A DNA stretch of 32,680 bases. Origin: Octopus bimaculoides. Its lineage: Eukaryota. Shown piece by piece: positions 12,237 through 25,630 of this stretch. The notes under the pieces were generated by a model. It was not told where the DNA came from. It saw only the letters and a program-made list of their open reading frames with translations, and ran no database searches. The stretch lies in contig NC_068983.1 of NCBI RefSeq assembly GCF_001194135.2, positions 18,076,202 to 18,108,881 of the forward strand, read 5' to 3'. Position numbers and translations under genes: made by a program. Positions within the stretch are counted from its first letter, which is position 1; each line of letters starts with the position of its first letter.

Positions 12237-12325
12237 TGTTGATCACTCATCTGGGGCAGTGTACCTGTCTTCATTCACGAGCGAATATCGTTTCTTAGCC
12301 GTGATGCTTATCACCCAAAAATTGG

Positions 12326-12337
12326 GCCGCCATCTTG
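12326..12337 (-). promoter_or_regulatory. YY1-consensus motif (CAAGATGGCGGC), possible promoter or first-exon region
   Basis: Exact motif in an otherwise AT-rich context, with an ETS-like CCGGAA about 35 bp away on the same strand. Motif evidence only. Confidence 0.25.
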
Positions 12338-13261
12338 GTAGAGTGCTTAATTTGCAGATTTGTGTTTTTTTCCGGTTTGTCAATTAATTTACAATATATA
12401 TTTTATGCGCAATACAGCGAAATGAAATAAATGTATCCATATCAAATCCTCACCTGATATTGCATCTCATTCTGGCTTTCTAGTATCCGGGGAAGATTAA
12501 CTAATTACAATGCGGTGTGACCGTTTTATTTTGCCTTGCCAAACCGAACAATCAGAACCAAGAAGACGTCGTTGGATTTACAATCAGGAAACAATCTGGA
12601 ACACAGACAAGATGAGTGACAACATCATTAGAGTACGCATATCACTGTATTCTGGCTATCGTACGTCTTCCTTCTCCCGGTACTCACCAATGTTTCGTAG
12701 AAGAAACTAGTTCTTTTTCACAAGTATCTTAGAAATGACATTACACATTCACCGACTGACGCCAACATAATTCATTTCAGGAATTTAAATCTATGCCAGG
12801 TCGTGACTGTAAGATGTAGTTTTGGATACTTTAGCGTAGATGAAATGTGGAGTCATTTTCTTGTTCGGACTTAACGTTCCAGAACAAAATCATGGTTGAG
12901 ACAGTGATATAGCATAAACTTTGACATAGTACGTAAACTCAACATTTCTGATCTGCGTAGCGTTGATATTCCTGTGACTTTAATTTAGCACGACTCAGTA
13001 CCTAGTTCGAGAAAAGCTAAAACTGGTTCACACATATATTTACACAAATTTCCTCAAAGATACTGAAAACGCTTAATGTTAAAAAGCACAGTAATGATTA
13101 CTAGTCAAGCACATCTGTGCATTGTATCTAAAGGTGTGGTCATTAGTTGCGGGACTGAATATCCGTTTGAAAGAATGTAGAGTGGCGGATCTGCTATTGG
13201 TTTGATACTTGATCAAATTATATACTACATTTACATATTTTAAGCCTGTTACTTAATCTAT

Positions 13262-13440
13262 AGCAATCGTTTCTCGAACTGCTATCTTGCGTGGACTTCA
13301 ACAAACCAACAACTGTTGTAAGCGGTGGTTCAGAATGAATACAGATACTCACAAATCCTTTTCCTTTCTCTCTTTCTCACACACACAATCACAAATATAC
13401 ACACACACAAGCGCACATATACACACACACATACATAGAT

Positions 13441-13475
<35 letters not shown>

Positions 13476-13641
13476 TACACATGGCGGGTTTATTTCAGTT
13501 TACGTCTACCGAAACCACTCACCATGAAGCTTCGGTTGGCCTGAGTCTTTTCTAGAAGACACTCAGCCAATGTGCCACGCAGTGGGATGTTCCTAGGATC
13601 ATGAGTTTGTGAAGCAAGTTTCTTACCACATAGTCGCATCC
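13262..13641 (-). mobile_element. Degenerate SINE (family A) with internal (AC)n
   Basis: Similar to the reverse complement of the 25175 copy (TTCAGTTT...CTACC...GTGCCACGCAGTGGGA...CTTACCACATAG). Confidence 0.7.
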
Positions 13642-14254
13642 TTGTTTATAAGATATTTATATCGAATGTGTATCTTTTAATATCTTTTTTGTCTTTCATC
13701 TACACTCATAATATTTCTGTTATAAGTACATTGTTATATAGTGTTTATATCATTTCAAAAATTTGATAATTTTGTTTCAGCTATGAGCAGCTCGCTAATT
13801 TCTTTTATTATATGAATACCACTATACTTGCGTATTTAATAATTTCATATTTCCTTCATATTCGTATTCAGTGAGCTCTTTTACATTTTAATCACATATT
13901 CCTTTGTTTTGTTTTTTTCTACTTGTCTTTCGCTGTTGTCATCACCGTTACTAAATCTGCTAATGAAGCCACCACGCTTTTCACATCACACTTTTATAAT
14001 GTTTTGATTGTCGACTTCTTTGTCTTTTCCCCTTTATTCATTATATTTGTATAAATACAGGACGGACATTTTTTAGGCTATCTATTCGAACAATAATTGA
14101 ATAGATGAAATTGTTTTCAAATACATAAATGTCAACAGTGTTGCGATATTTTAGAATATATTATTCATATTTTTTTTATCTGAGTTTTTATTTCATTATT
14201 TTTTCCGTTTTTATTCGAGTATAATAGCATTAAAATTTATTTCATTGGATATTC

Positions 14255-14380
<126 letters not shown>

Positions 14381-14555
14381 GGCCTGAAATTTGGGATGTG
14401 GGTAGTCGATTACATCAACCACCAGCGTTTCACTGGTACTTAATTTATCGAACCCGAAAGGATGAAATGAATTTGAATTGAAAACGAAAAAACGGACAAA
14501 ATGCCGCTAAGCATTTTGCCAGGCGTGCTAACGATTCTTCCAGCACGTCGTCTTA
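14381..14555 (-). mobile_element. SINE (family B)
   Basis: Homologous to the 10600 and 20851 copies. Confidence 0.8.
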
Positions 14556-15339
14556 TTGTAATAATTATAACTGGACACTTGCAAATTAGCATTTACATGA
14601 ATTTTGGTGATATGTGGTCAGATGGCATCTCTATGTACATTCAAGACCCCATTGTCCTACATGATTACTAAACAATTTTACAGTGTGATACGAGAGAAAA
14701 CTTTATCAGTGGTCGTTCAGGACAGAAAGGAGTATTGATTGTGTAAGCAGATATCGTGTGCAAGATGTGCTGGAAATTTACCTTGGTCATCTAGGTTTAA
14801 CACGGATTTATTGATCAGCAATATTAGCCTGGATATGAGGAATAGATAGGTATCTGGTTATTTGACGCTTAGCATGTCGTGTCAGGTGTGGAAAGCATAC
14901 AGAGAATGGAGTAGCGATTCAATTGACAGAGGCTCACGCGCAAGATCAGCGACAACTGGGATACGTCCTTATGACAAGAGCACGAGTGTAGAGTTAATGA
15001 GATCTATAGAAATATAGAGATAGAAACCTAAATACCAGATGGTAAGCAACACTTCATATCAGAGGAGGAGACCGTAAAAATCATCACGACCGACGGATTA
15101 TCTATGAAAATTCGCTCGAATACTTCTTCAATAGGAAAGGGAAATGTGTGTTATTCGTACGACATGTGCCCCTGACTATGGGAATATAGATATGTTGAAG
15201 GCATTTCTATTTCACTGTGATACGATTGAGGCGTGGCCATATACACAGATGTGGTCAGTCTTAACCCGTCGGTGTCATATTAAAAGCAAAGGAGATGGTG
15301 ACCAGACATTCCGATAATTAGAAACATTTGGTAGCTTGC

Positions 15340-15700
15340 GAGATAGAAATATAAGAATCATTATCAGCATCACCAGCATCAACAACATCACCAGCATCAA
15401 CATTACCAGCATCAACAATATCACCAGGATATTCAGAACTAACGCTACTAGCACCAGCAACACCAACATCACCAGCAAAAAATGTTACGATTCCTCAGCA
15501 TTCTCAACACAACCACCTCCACCACCATCACCACCAGCAACACCACCACCACCACCGTCTACATCATCATCATCATCGTCATCGTCATCATCATATCACC
15601 AGCACTATCACCACCACCACCACCATGATTATGATCGTCATCATTGGCAGCAGCAGCAATAGTGGTAAGCAGCAACAGTGACTTCAGCATCATTAACGTT
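15340..15700. repeat. Low-complexity CAT/CAC/CAG trinucleotide region
   Basis: Direct reading; produces the P/S/H/Q-rich ORF. Confidence 0.85.
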
Positions 15701-18160
15701 ATTTATTCACATTGCTTCCACCTTTGGAAATCAGTATAGTACTCTGTGTTACAATGCATCTGTGTATATAAAACGTTATTTATTTTTGTGATGATATTTT
15801 TTTGCTGCGTATGTGTAGTTTTTATGATGACTATCTTCTGAATTTCCCATATGGAATATTTATATGCTAGTACTTCGATTTTCTACTGTGTATCGTTCTT
15901 CAAAGGTTTCGAAGCTCTTATAATTATGGGATCTGTTTTGGTGATTATTTTCAACATCTTAGATGTTTGTATCTCTAGGTATTTATGTTGGACAGTAGAT
16001 AGTTATTCAAGGTTTTTTTTCTGAGATGTTATTGTCTGGTGAGCAAGAAACATTAATACCTGTGTAATATGTACATATTTTGTACTTTATATAGCAATTA
16101 CTGTATCTCTATTTGAATATTACAGATAATCACATCATTTTCAATTCATAATCTGCAACTCTGTATGTCGTATATGTATAAAACATTTTCCATGCTGCAG
16201 TCTCCTCAGTTACGTTTCAACTGCAGCAGAAGTTAGGTGTATGTAGATGCATTTTTGATTACACTAGAACACAAGGGAGCGTTTCTGTAGACACAGATGA
16301 CGTAATCGTATGCGAACGGAAATATTGGTAGTTAATAATTCTCTCCACTTTCTCTTGCAATTAGATGTTGACAAAATCATGATCCACACTATATATGCTT
16401 GATGCCTTTAGTAAACCGACCATACGAAAAACAATTTCATTTGATAGGTTGTTTTATAATAAAAGAAATATTGTACTATTTGCACATGACTAACATTTCA
16501 CTGCAGAACAAAATATTCGCAAAGATATTTGTGTAGCCGGAGACATCAAATCTTAACAAATTTTACATTGATATTACAACACAACATGTAATAAATTCTA
16601 TATACTCTCTCGATATGTTTTTTAATCTTCACTGATTACTAAATTTCAAACAATTCCTTGTAATGCAGGAAATTATAAAATTATAAGCAGCAGCGTATAG
16701 TATTGAGCTGAAGAACGTAATTAATGGCAATGCCAATGAATTACAGAAATCAGGCACAATTGAATTTTAAATAATATCGCCTCTGTTTTGCCCGTTTTTC
16801 TTTCTTGCTGTATATAGTTGGTGAATATATGTCTTTGTCTATACTTATTAGTTTCTCTAATTGTGTACCTACTTGTGCAAACTGCTTTCATTTGTTAATA
16901 AATATAATTTTAGGAGTTGCCAAAAGAAACGTTTTAATAAACATACGCCACAAAACTTTTCGATCGGTTTTCAACTCAATCATTTCCACATGTATTCTAC
17001 TGAAGTTAGTACTTAAAAATATATTTTGTGCATTTCATTCTAAGTGCATTTATTTTTCGAGAGCATAATATATTTAAGGTTTACATATTAGATATATATT
17101 TCGACATCTCTTTTCTTAGCCTATTGAATGTAATTTGCTAATAGCTGTCAAAAGATTTGCACATTTTCGGTATTAAGTATTCGATACAACTAATGAACAA
17201 TTCTAAAAGATTGTCTATTGCTCAGAGTATCAATTGCAATATTAAATTCTATTACAATATCTGCTAATTCTTGGAGTAGTATATTAGGAATCCATTATTT
17301 TTATGGTTTTGGAGGCCAATTTTATTAAATGTGTTTTACTTAATTTCAGAATAAGTTATTTTGTTTGTCTTATTCGAATATCCTTCCGATACGATTTAAG
17401 ATGCAACATTCGGTTTTCATCTATTGAATGCCTATTTTCCCCGTGTCATTATGCATTGTATAAAACATTGCTTAGGTTTCTAATGTCTCTTTTGCAATTC
17501 GGTTTGTATCTCTCCTATTATTTTTATATCTTTCCACTTCCAGCTAAATTTCTCTTGTTAAATATATGTGTCCGAAACTGATTCTCACTGACATTTTTGT
17601 GCTACCTGCAATTTCAATATGAAGAATTTTTACTGCATGCTTGTTTGGACGATATTTGTAAGTTGCCGTCTCCACACAACTTCAATTAAAGATTACTTTG
17701 AAATATTTGCTAATCAGAAATATTTAATAGTCATGCAAAACTTCTAATGTTGCCATTTTTTTAAGGTGTACCCAAATAATATTCCCGAAATTGGCATCAA
17801 ATGTAATTCGTCCTTGCCAAATATTTTACTACAACATTGACATTCGTATATCGAAGATGACAAACACCACAGATCTCATTGGTTGATAATGACATGCACA
17901 ATATCATGATAGCTCTCTTGCTTCCATTACGTATCTAACGTAAAATGTATTATCTCTAAAATTTATAATTCCTTTTTGGAAAAAAACATTGGGGATGTAT
18001 ATCTATTAATTTGGAAACGTTAGAAATATCAAAGTATATTCATTTACTACCGAATATTGTCACTGATTTCGCATTTGGCTTGGATATCGATAATATATTT
18101 GTGTTTGGTAGTTTTCGTATTTGAAATTTTAAAATTATTCGTTTTATTCACTTTATATGA

Positions 18161-18196
<36 letters not shown>

Positions 18197-18415
18197 CTTA
18201 CATTTAGCTTTCTTCATTTCCAACTACATTGTGTGTGTGGGCGGGGCTTGATCTTGTTTAGTCTAATAGACAAATTGTTTCTCTTCACAAACCCCGATGC
18301 GAAAGACACTGAGAAATACGGAACCGTGAAACATGATAGAATAAGTAAAGGAAATTTATATAGATTTCATAATTTATGTCTTGTGCGCTAGAAAAGTTCC
18401 AAATAGTTGACTTAC

Positions 18416-18499
18416 CACTATTTCTTTCTCTGCTGATGGAAAACAACGTGATAATGATGAGTAAACAAACAATAAATAGTAATATGATTACTAATATCA
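18416..18499 (-). CDS. Candidate 84-nt exon encoding a transmembrane helix
   Basis: CAG|...|GTAAGT boundaries, phase 1-1; reads ILVIILLFIVCLLIIITLFSISRERNS. AT-rich DNA can give such peptides by chance. Confidence 0.35.
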
Positions 18500-19459
18500 C
18501 TGTATATCATGATTTTCCAGCTATATATTTAGATTAAATAAAAGATGAGCAAATATATACAGTTTATATTTAGAGAAATGCTACATAGCATACAGGATGT
18601 AATCTTATAATCATTCGTGTACTTCGTGGTGAGATAATAACTTAGGAGACGAAAATCAGTTTGAATTAATATCTTAATATTATATTATTTTTCTTTATGT
18701 TTTCTTTATTATATCATGATAATGGATTTGTTCTTTTGTTTCCGATCAAACCTGGTCAAGTAGTTCTATATCCAAACGCAATACAGGTTTGATCACGCAC
18801 GCAAATGTGTATATAAATGTATAAGACGTGTTGCCACAAACGTCCTGCATATCAAATCCATCCATTAGTCATTGGTCGGCCTGGTTTCAAAGTAAAAGAC
18901 AGTCGTATACTACGTTACGTTCGAGTGCTCAAACAGTAACAACTCCAATGTGCAAGTAGTCGTATATTGATAGTCTACAGAGAAATGTTGAATATCCGCT
19001 CTAGCGTTGTTTTCTATGTGGTGGCTATGTTCAAAGTGTCTCTGCAATGAACAAAACTGAAACGTTTTAAGACTGATACTTACTTCCCCTTTTGATCAAA
19101 CATACGTCAACTGACTGATGTTTCACTTGAAAAAGAAAGGAAGTTTTGAGAGGGAAGTGCCATCTCCCAGCAATGTTGCTAAAAGGTGGATGGGAATGGC
19201 GCATAGCGCACGAGAACAGGTCTTTTCTGAGCGTACTTCCAGAAAATGTCACCTGCGAAAGTATTTAGAAGACCGTGGTTTTGTGGGTTTTAACAAAGAA
19301 CCCTTCGAAATCCCCCAAAAATTGTAAAACATTTTAAACTATTATTTCTTCTTTTCGCATTTCCGTTTTTATATTTTTAAACGTAATCCTAGCACATTAT
19401 CACCATGTGCTGATCGCGATATTTTTGTCAACTCCTGTGATTAATAAACTAAGGTTTAT

Positions 19460-19460
19460 T

Positions 19461-19512
<52 letters not shown>

Positions 19513-19610
19513 CAGTAGTGGTAGTGGTAGCAGTAATAGTAGTAGTAGTAGTTCTTGTTATTGTTGCTATCCTCATCATCATCATAATCATCATCATCAT
19601 CATTATTATA
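19460..19610. repeat. (GTA)n/(CAT)n trinucleotide array
   Basis: Direct reading. Confidence 0.95.
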
Positions 19611-20850
19611 TAGAATTGAGTATATCGAATATATGTGGTTTGTATTCTGAAAAAAAAAGAAGCTTTCTTTATAAAGTGTAGTGCATTGTGTAGAGTTATA
19701 CAGTGGTGAACATTAGAAATAGCAATGGACAGACGTTGTCGATATTCTGCCTGTGGCAATGAAGTTTCTTTCGTTAGTTAGATACTGAATTCACAGCATA
19801 TGAATCTGAATCCATTACAACCATGATGAATGCGGACACCAGTAGCTGTAGCTATAGCACTAACAATGACAATACTATCTGAAAAGGACAAAGTTAGTAG
19901 CTGAAGGGAACATTTCACTCAATTCAAATGTGATCCATACATGCGTTTATAAATCGAAATGCTCAGAAATGTTCTGGCATCATTCCATCATAGAATCTAT
20001 TTCTAATTCATGAAGCAAGTATTGTCATATATCTCTGTCAAAATTATCCCATCTGAACAGAATTCTAACCTTTGAATTAAAAACAGAAAACGTATGATAC
20101 TTGCGAACAAAGATCAACTGTGAGGCGAGGAGGTAGTTTAACACAAATTTAGAGTGATGGACACAGATCATGAAAACTTGGTGTTGAGACAAATTTGTGA
20201 AATGTAGGCTCGATTTAAAATTGTTTTAGTGAAAGACCTTATTGTTCAGTTAAACGAAAAGCACAAGTAAAATAATAGAGTACAGAAAGAAAGAGATGAT
20301 TGATAATTATATCTAAGCATGCAACATGGATAAGACCTGCGGATCAGGACATATCTGGCTCCAGTATAATTAACCATACCTTTCTTTCAAAAGGTCTGAT
20401 TGAATGACAATTTCAAAGCAAGTGCAATTATCAGAGCTGATGCAACTTATTGTAGAATCGAGTATGTAGCAGACAAAATGTATTTGGTCCCTGTACAATC
20501 GCAAATCAAATTTCTGTTAAGATTGATTTTGTATTTCATCCAGGTTTATATTGACTTCACATCACTTAAATTACACAAACGCTTCTGAAACATTAAGAGT
20601 TATCACACATCAATTGTAGACTTAAAAAGACTAAACTTTGTAACACTAGAACTGGAAAGGATGAAAATGCAGATGAAACTTTCGACGAGTTAAACATTTG
20701 GTGTCATACGTAAAACCATATTAGCTGGTAAACAATAGTTATTAACATGTGTTGCATCCTAGTCGCTGAAATTGAGAAAATTGCTTATAACTCAATGTAC
20801 ATATATTTGTGTATATGTGCGTGATTATGTGTAATGTCTATTTTTTTTTG

Positions 20851-21024
20851 CTCTAGGTACAAGGCCTGAAATTTTGAGGGAGGTGGCCGGTCGATTACAT
20901 TTACCCAGTACGTAACTGGTACTTAATTTATCGACCCCGAAAAGATGACATGAAAAGTCGACCTGGGCGGAATTTGAACTCAGGACCGCTAAGCATTTCG
21001 CCTGCTGTGCCAGCTCGCCGCCTT
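20851..21024 (-). mobile_element. SINE (family B)
   Basis: The minus strand reads GGCGGCGAGCTGGCA...GAGTTCAAATTCC (B box)...TTTCGGGGTCGATAAATTAAGTACCAG. Confidence 0.85.
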
Positions 21025-21832
21025 TTGAGTGAAACGAATATTAAGAAGACAATGTATATTTTGAGAATATTCAGTTAATTATGAAAATATATTTTAAATA
21101 ATAAAAAAGTATATTACATATGAGAGAACATTTACACAGCTTTAGAATTGTTATATTTAAGGTATTTCCATTTTTCCAATTATCTATAACAGATAAATTA
21201 ATTATTACCAGAATTCGTTTCGCTGAATTACTTTTCATTTGATTGAAACACATGCATAACTAAAATACGTTACTGGTCAAACAATGAGAATCAGTATTTG
21301 AGTCTATGCGAAATGTATGGGTTCAAACCCTGAATGTACAGTTCTACAATAATCAAGAACTAAAAAAATTGTGAGCCAGATATTATTAACTTGAAAAAAA
21401 AAAAAAAAGCAGTGAGAATTCAACACTACACGAACTCTCTATAAAAGCTTCGAACTTGGATAGGGATGAGTAATGCCAGATTTAGCACAACGGGGATTTA
21501 TTAATATAGATAGCTTAAAGAATGCGTTTTCTGTCCAACTCTGGGTATCGAATTTTTTAAAGGTCTACAGACGGTATGTTTATACATATATAGTCGCGGT
21601 GTTGACAGCTAATTGGAACGTTTCGTCGCTCAAGAAACATGAACAAGTAAGAGAAATATTTTTGCGAACCCTATATTTTCAATATCGCTGTAGTATAGCT
21701 GGTTAAAAATTAATAATCTGAAAAATATCAAACGCTTTGAATATTGAAAGAAAATTCTGTGAAGATATCACACACATATACATACATANNNNNNNNNNNN
21801 NNNNNNNNNNNNNNNNNNNNNNNNNNNNNNNN

Positions 21833-22000
21833 TGGACAACCGAACTCATTTTTTTCATTGTCTCTCTATATATTTCCTCTTATTCCTTTCAGTTGACGAA
21901 CGTGGATCGAAACGACTTTTTCATTTTTTCCGAGCATTAAACTAATACACATTCTTGTTGTTCATTCACCTATCTTTGTTTTTCTAAACATTTCAACTAT
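21833..22000 (+). mobile_element. Probable Penelope pseudo-LTR remnant with a degenerate hammerhead-like motif (21886-21916)
   Basis: CAGTTGA-C-GAAC-GTG-GATC-GAAAC has a core-like segment, a short stem and GAAAC. The context resembles an octopus repeat I recall; this is unverified. Confidence 0.35.
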
Positions 22001-23151
22001 ATCTATATATATATACATAAATACATACATATATACATATATGTGTGTATATGCATGTATGTATATATATATATACTTATTTAATAGCAGTTTGACTCAA
22101 CTCCACATATATACATGTATTTATGTCCGTATGTATGTGTTTGTGTATTTATGCATGTGATTGCCTGCGTGTGTATTGGCAAAAATGTGCAACATTTTTT
22201 TTTTCAAAAACGTTATTATCAAACCTTTCTAAGCTATATGATTTTGGAGTGAGTTATCAGGAGCAATTTTCTTAACTTTTGAAACTTCATTATAATGATA
22301 CTCTGGTGCTGCTGCTGATAACAGCTACTCGTAGCTTTTGAGACATTCGTTTCATATTGACTATAACACACTCACAACATATCTGACGAGCTGCAAATGA
22401 TCGACCTATGTGTCTTCACTAGTAATCTTACCAGCTGCCAAAGTCAATAATCTATCTAAGTAAAACGTTAATTATTGGAAAATTTAACAACTACACTGTT
22501 TTAATTTTTATAAAAGCATTGGGGTAATAAATTGATTAGCACCAGAATCGGTTCTATTTTAATCTTTTTTTAAAAATAAATAAGCTATAATATAAACGAT
22601 ATCAATATGTTCGCAATTTAAGTATTAACTGCACGGAAGAAATTTAAATCTTTACCAACTTAGTCTTCTGCAATCAATACTGTAGCAATGAGCAAGATTG
22701 AAGTAGTTTGATGGTGTGCCAACACAACAGCACTTTAATCATTGTCAACACAGTATAACACAATAGTAATAAAACCGCTTTAAATACTGTGGCAGTTCTT
22801 GGCAAGTGTTTCTCGAGTAAAGTTATGTAGACGTCAAGACGAGCCTGCTTCGCAGTTTCAGTTTTCAACGTAGCCATTTCTTTAGCGAGGAAAAGAAAAT
22901 ATGCAAATCGGTCAATCACGTTTTCTCTCCCCCATAAATTTAAGGCTTTGCTCATGTTAATCAAATCAGAAGCAATTTACCTGACGTAAACGCAAAGCAT
23001 AAAATATTATCCAGAGATTAGCAAGTTAACGATACCTAACATACACATCAATCAGTAACAGAAACACACACACACATAACTATAGCTATAATCAACACTG
23101 AAATGTCAGAATCATTACTGAAATATAACACTTGCATCAGACATTTCATAC

Positions 23152-23205
23152 CTTTCACCTGCAATATCTTCATAATCTGTCAAATTTGTTTTCAATCTAC
23201 GCTGT
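23152..23205 (-). CDS. Candidate 54-nt cytoplasmic-tail exon (QRRLKTNLTDYEDIAGE)
   Basis: Acceptor TTTTCTCTGTACTTAG and donor AAG|GTATGA; phase 2-2, compatible with the 24235-24338 exon. Confidence 0.4.
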
Positions 23206-24234
23206 CTAAGTACAGAGAAAATGAAGCCGAGCGAGGAATTAACAAATGTTATTGCCTGAAGTGTGGCAGAATGAATTAACAAAAAGTTAACTCAATTACC
23301 GAGAATGTGTAAGTATTGATTTCACACATCAACACATGTTTAACGGATTTAATTGACATCAGTAGCTGGGCAGAAGTTATCAAGAACTGGGATGGATTAA
23401 ATAAAGTGAAATCCTTATTACCACTGCTAAATAAGATTAATTATTGGAATTTTCTAGGCGCTAAGAGACCTTTAACTGTTAAAATGATCATAATAATGTT
23501 AGTGTTTTTAAATTTCGGCAATTGATTGGTAATATACTTTATCGAACGCGAAAGGGAGAAAAGCAAAGTGACCACTGTGAGATTTGAACTCAAGACGTAA
23601 AGAGACAAGAGCAATGCTACTAAAATTTTAGCGCAAGGAACGCAAGTTCGGGGTGAGTGGAAGTTAGATATATTGACGAGAGTGTCCAACTGGCGCTTAG
23701 ATTATCTACTCCCAAAGGATGGAATATAAATTCGACCTCGGTGGAATAATGTTAGAATATAATATCAATATTTGCTTGTTGTTTACGCACATGGCTTGAC
23801 TATACATTCTGTTTTGCTTTATGGTATTACTTGACTAAATTGGTCACAGTACTAGAGTAGCGTCTAATTTTAATAACAGAGAGCAGATGAAAGATAAAGC
23901 TGACCTCGTCTGCATTTGACCACAAAATGTAAACAACTATGACAGAGCTTAAATATCGGTGGGATCTAATTTGCTTTTCATCCTTCCAGTATCTATATTG
24001 CTTTTCATCCTTCCAGTATCTATACAAAACAGTACTTGACAAGTACTGAATTCATTTTCATAATTTAAACCCCCTCCTAACATACCAAGCTCTGAGTGTT
24101 TGTTGAAAGAAACAACTAATAATAGCAATACATTACATATTTTATATTAGTCAGTAACCTCTTTTTTAACATTACAGTTTCTCTCTACAAAACTTTTGGG
24201 TGAACTTAGATGTAGCTGGTATACATTTAGTTAC

Positions 24235-24338
24235 TTGAGATAAACAAATTTCGTAATAATTGCAAGAATAGCAAATGAAACAACATATTTGAGGGCCAGA
24301 GCTTGAGGCGTGTTACTGGCTTCCACTTTGACTTCAAG
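24235..24338 (-). CDS. Candidate 104-nt exon with stalk and hydrophobic helix (LEVKVEASNTPQALALKYVVSFAILAIITKFVYL)
   Basis: Acceptor CATTCTAG and donor CAA|GTAACT; open frame, phase 0-2. Confidence 0.4.
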
Positions 24339-24473
24339 CTAGAATGTGTATACATAGAAACAGCAAATCCGTATCAGAGATACGGATGCAGTATTCAATT
24401 TGATGTCCTAGTTGAGCTTTCTGGAGTAGGGTAACTTGTTCGTAGGAACACACTCTTTTTTATGCTATATACA

Positions 24474-24550
24474 CCTACCTACCTACCTACCTACCTACCT
24501 ACCTACCTACCTACCTACCTACATACCTACCTACCTACCTACCTACCTAC

Positions 24551-24581
<31 letters not shown>

Positions 24582-24666
24582 CTTACCTACCTACCTACCT
24601 ACCTACTAACCTACCTACCTGCCTCCCTGCCTGGCTGCCTGGCTGCCTGGCTGCCTGCCTGCCTGC

Positions 24667-24746
<80 letters not shown>
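24474..24746. repeat. Compound (CTAC)n/(CCTG)n/(CTAT)n tetranucleotide array
   Basis: Direct reading. Confidence 0.95.
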
Positions 24747-25174
24747 ACACATGTATATATGAAAGGTAACTGAAAATAATCGAGTACCAGCTGCGTTTTT
24801 TAAGTAAATCATTTCCAGCAAACATTGCGGTTTTTATACTCATGTGATATATAACTACTGAGTCTGATTACAATATTCCTTTGAATCGCAAATGCATCAG
24901 TTGTCTGAAGGGTTTCGTGCGTCAAACGCTGAGAAAGTTTATACTGTTCAGTTATCGAGCTTCTTAATGTCGTTTGTCTTTACAAAATCAAGTAGTGAAC
25001 ATGGTCTGAAAGGATCCTGTGTTATGTGATCTTGGAACATTTATTCAAGGCGATGGAAAATACGAATTCTGAACGACTTCTCTATTAACGTGGAAGGACA
25101 TGTGATACATCAGTAGTCTATATGTAACCAGTATGCCCACACGTCCAATAATCTACATGTTTAAGCGGACAATT

Positions 25175-25630
25175 AGGCGCAGGCGTGGCTGCGTGGTAAG
25201 AAGTGCGCTTTCAAGCCACATGGGACCGGGTTCAGATCCACTACGTGGCACCTTGGGCAAATATCTTCTACTAAACATTGTGGTAGATTTAGTAAACGGA
25301 AACTGAAAGAACCCAGTCGTATATGCATGTATGTATGTATGCATGCATGCATGTATGTATGTATGTATGTATGTATGTATGTATGTATGTATGTATGTAT
25401 GTATGAGTACGTGTGTGTCTTCGTGTCTGTGTTTGTCCTCCCACCGCAACCTGTTTTGGTGTGTTTTCGCCCCCGTAAGTTTCCGGTTCGGCAAAAGAGA
25501 TCGATAGAATGATTGTCTGACTTCAAAATAAGTATGGAATCGTTTAGCCAGACTAAAAATTCTCTAAGGCAGTGCCCCAATATGGCCGCATTCTAATGAC
25601 TGAAACATGTAAAAGAGTAAAACAATAAAA
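25175..25630 (+). mobile_element. Near full-length tRNA-derived SINE (family A) with internal (GTAT)n
   Basis: A-box-like TGGCTGCGTGGT, B-box-like GGTTCAGATCC, a CORE-like CCTTGGGCAA motif and an A-rich tail. Two opposite-strand homologues occur in the window. Confidence 0.85.

Noticed and set aside
15336-15662. 108-aa P/S/H/Q-rich ORF resembling a transcription-factor tract
   Set aside because: Built from degenerate trinucleotide repeats with no flanking domain or splice support.
22432-22451. Possible 20-nt minus-strand micro-exon reading IIDFGS (kinase DFG-like)
   Set aside because: Too short, needs the weaker of two adjacent acceptors, and no other kinase motif was found in the window.
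24367-24411. 9-bp hairpin followed by CTAG|T (Helitron 3' end-like)
   Set aside because: Spacer of about 20 nt is longer than typical, there is no second copy, and such hairpins occur by chance.
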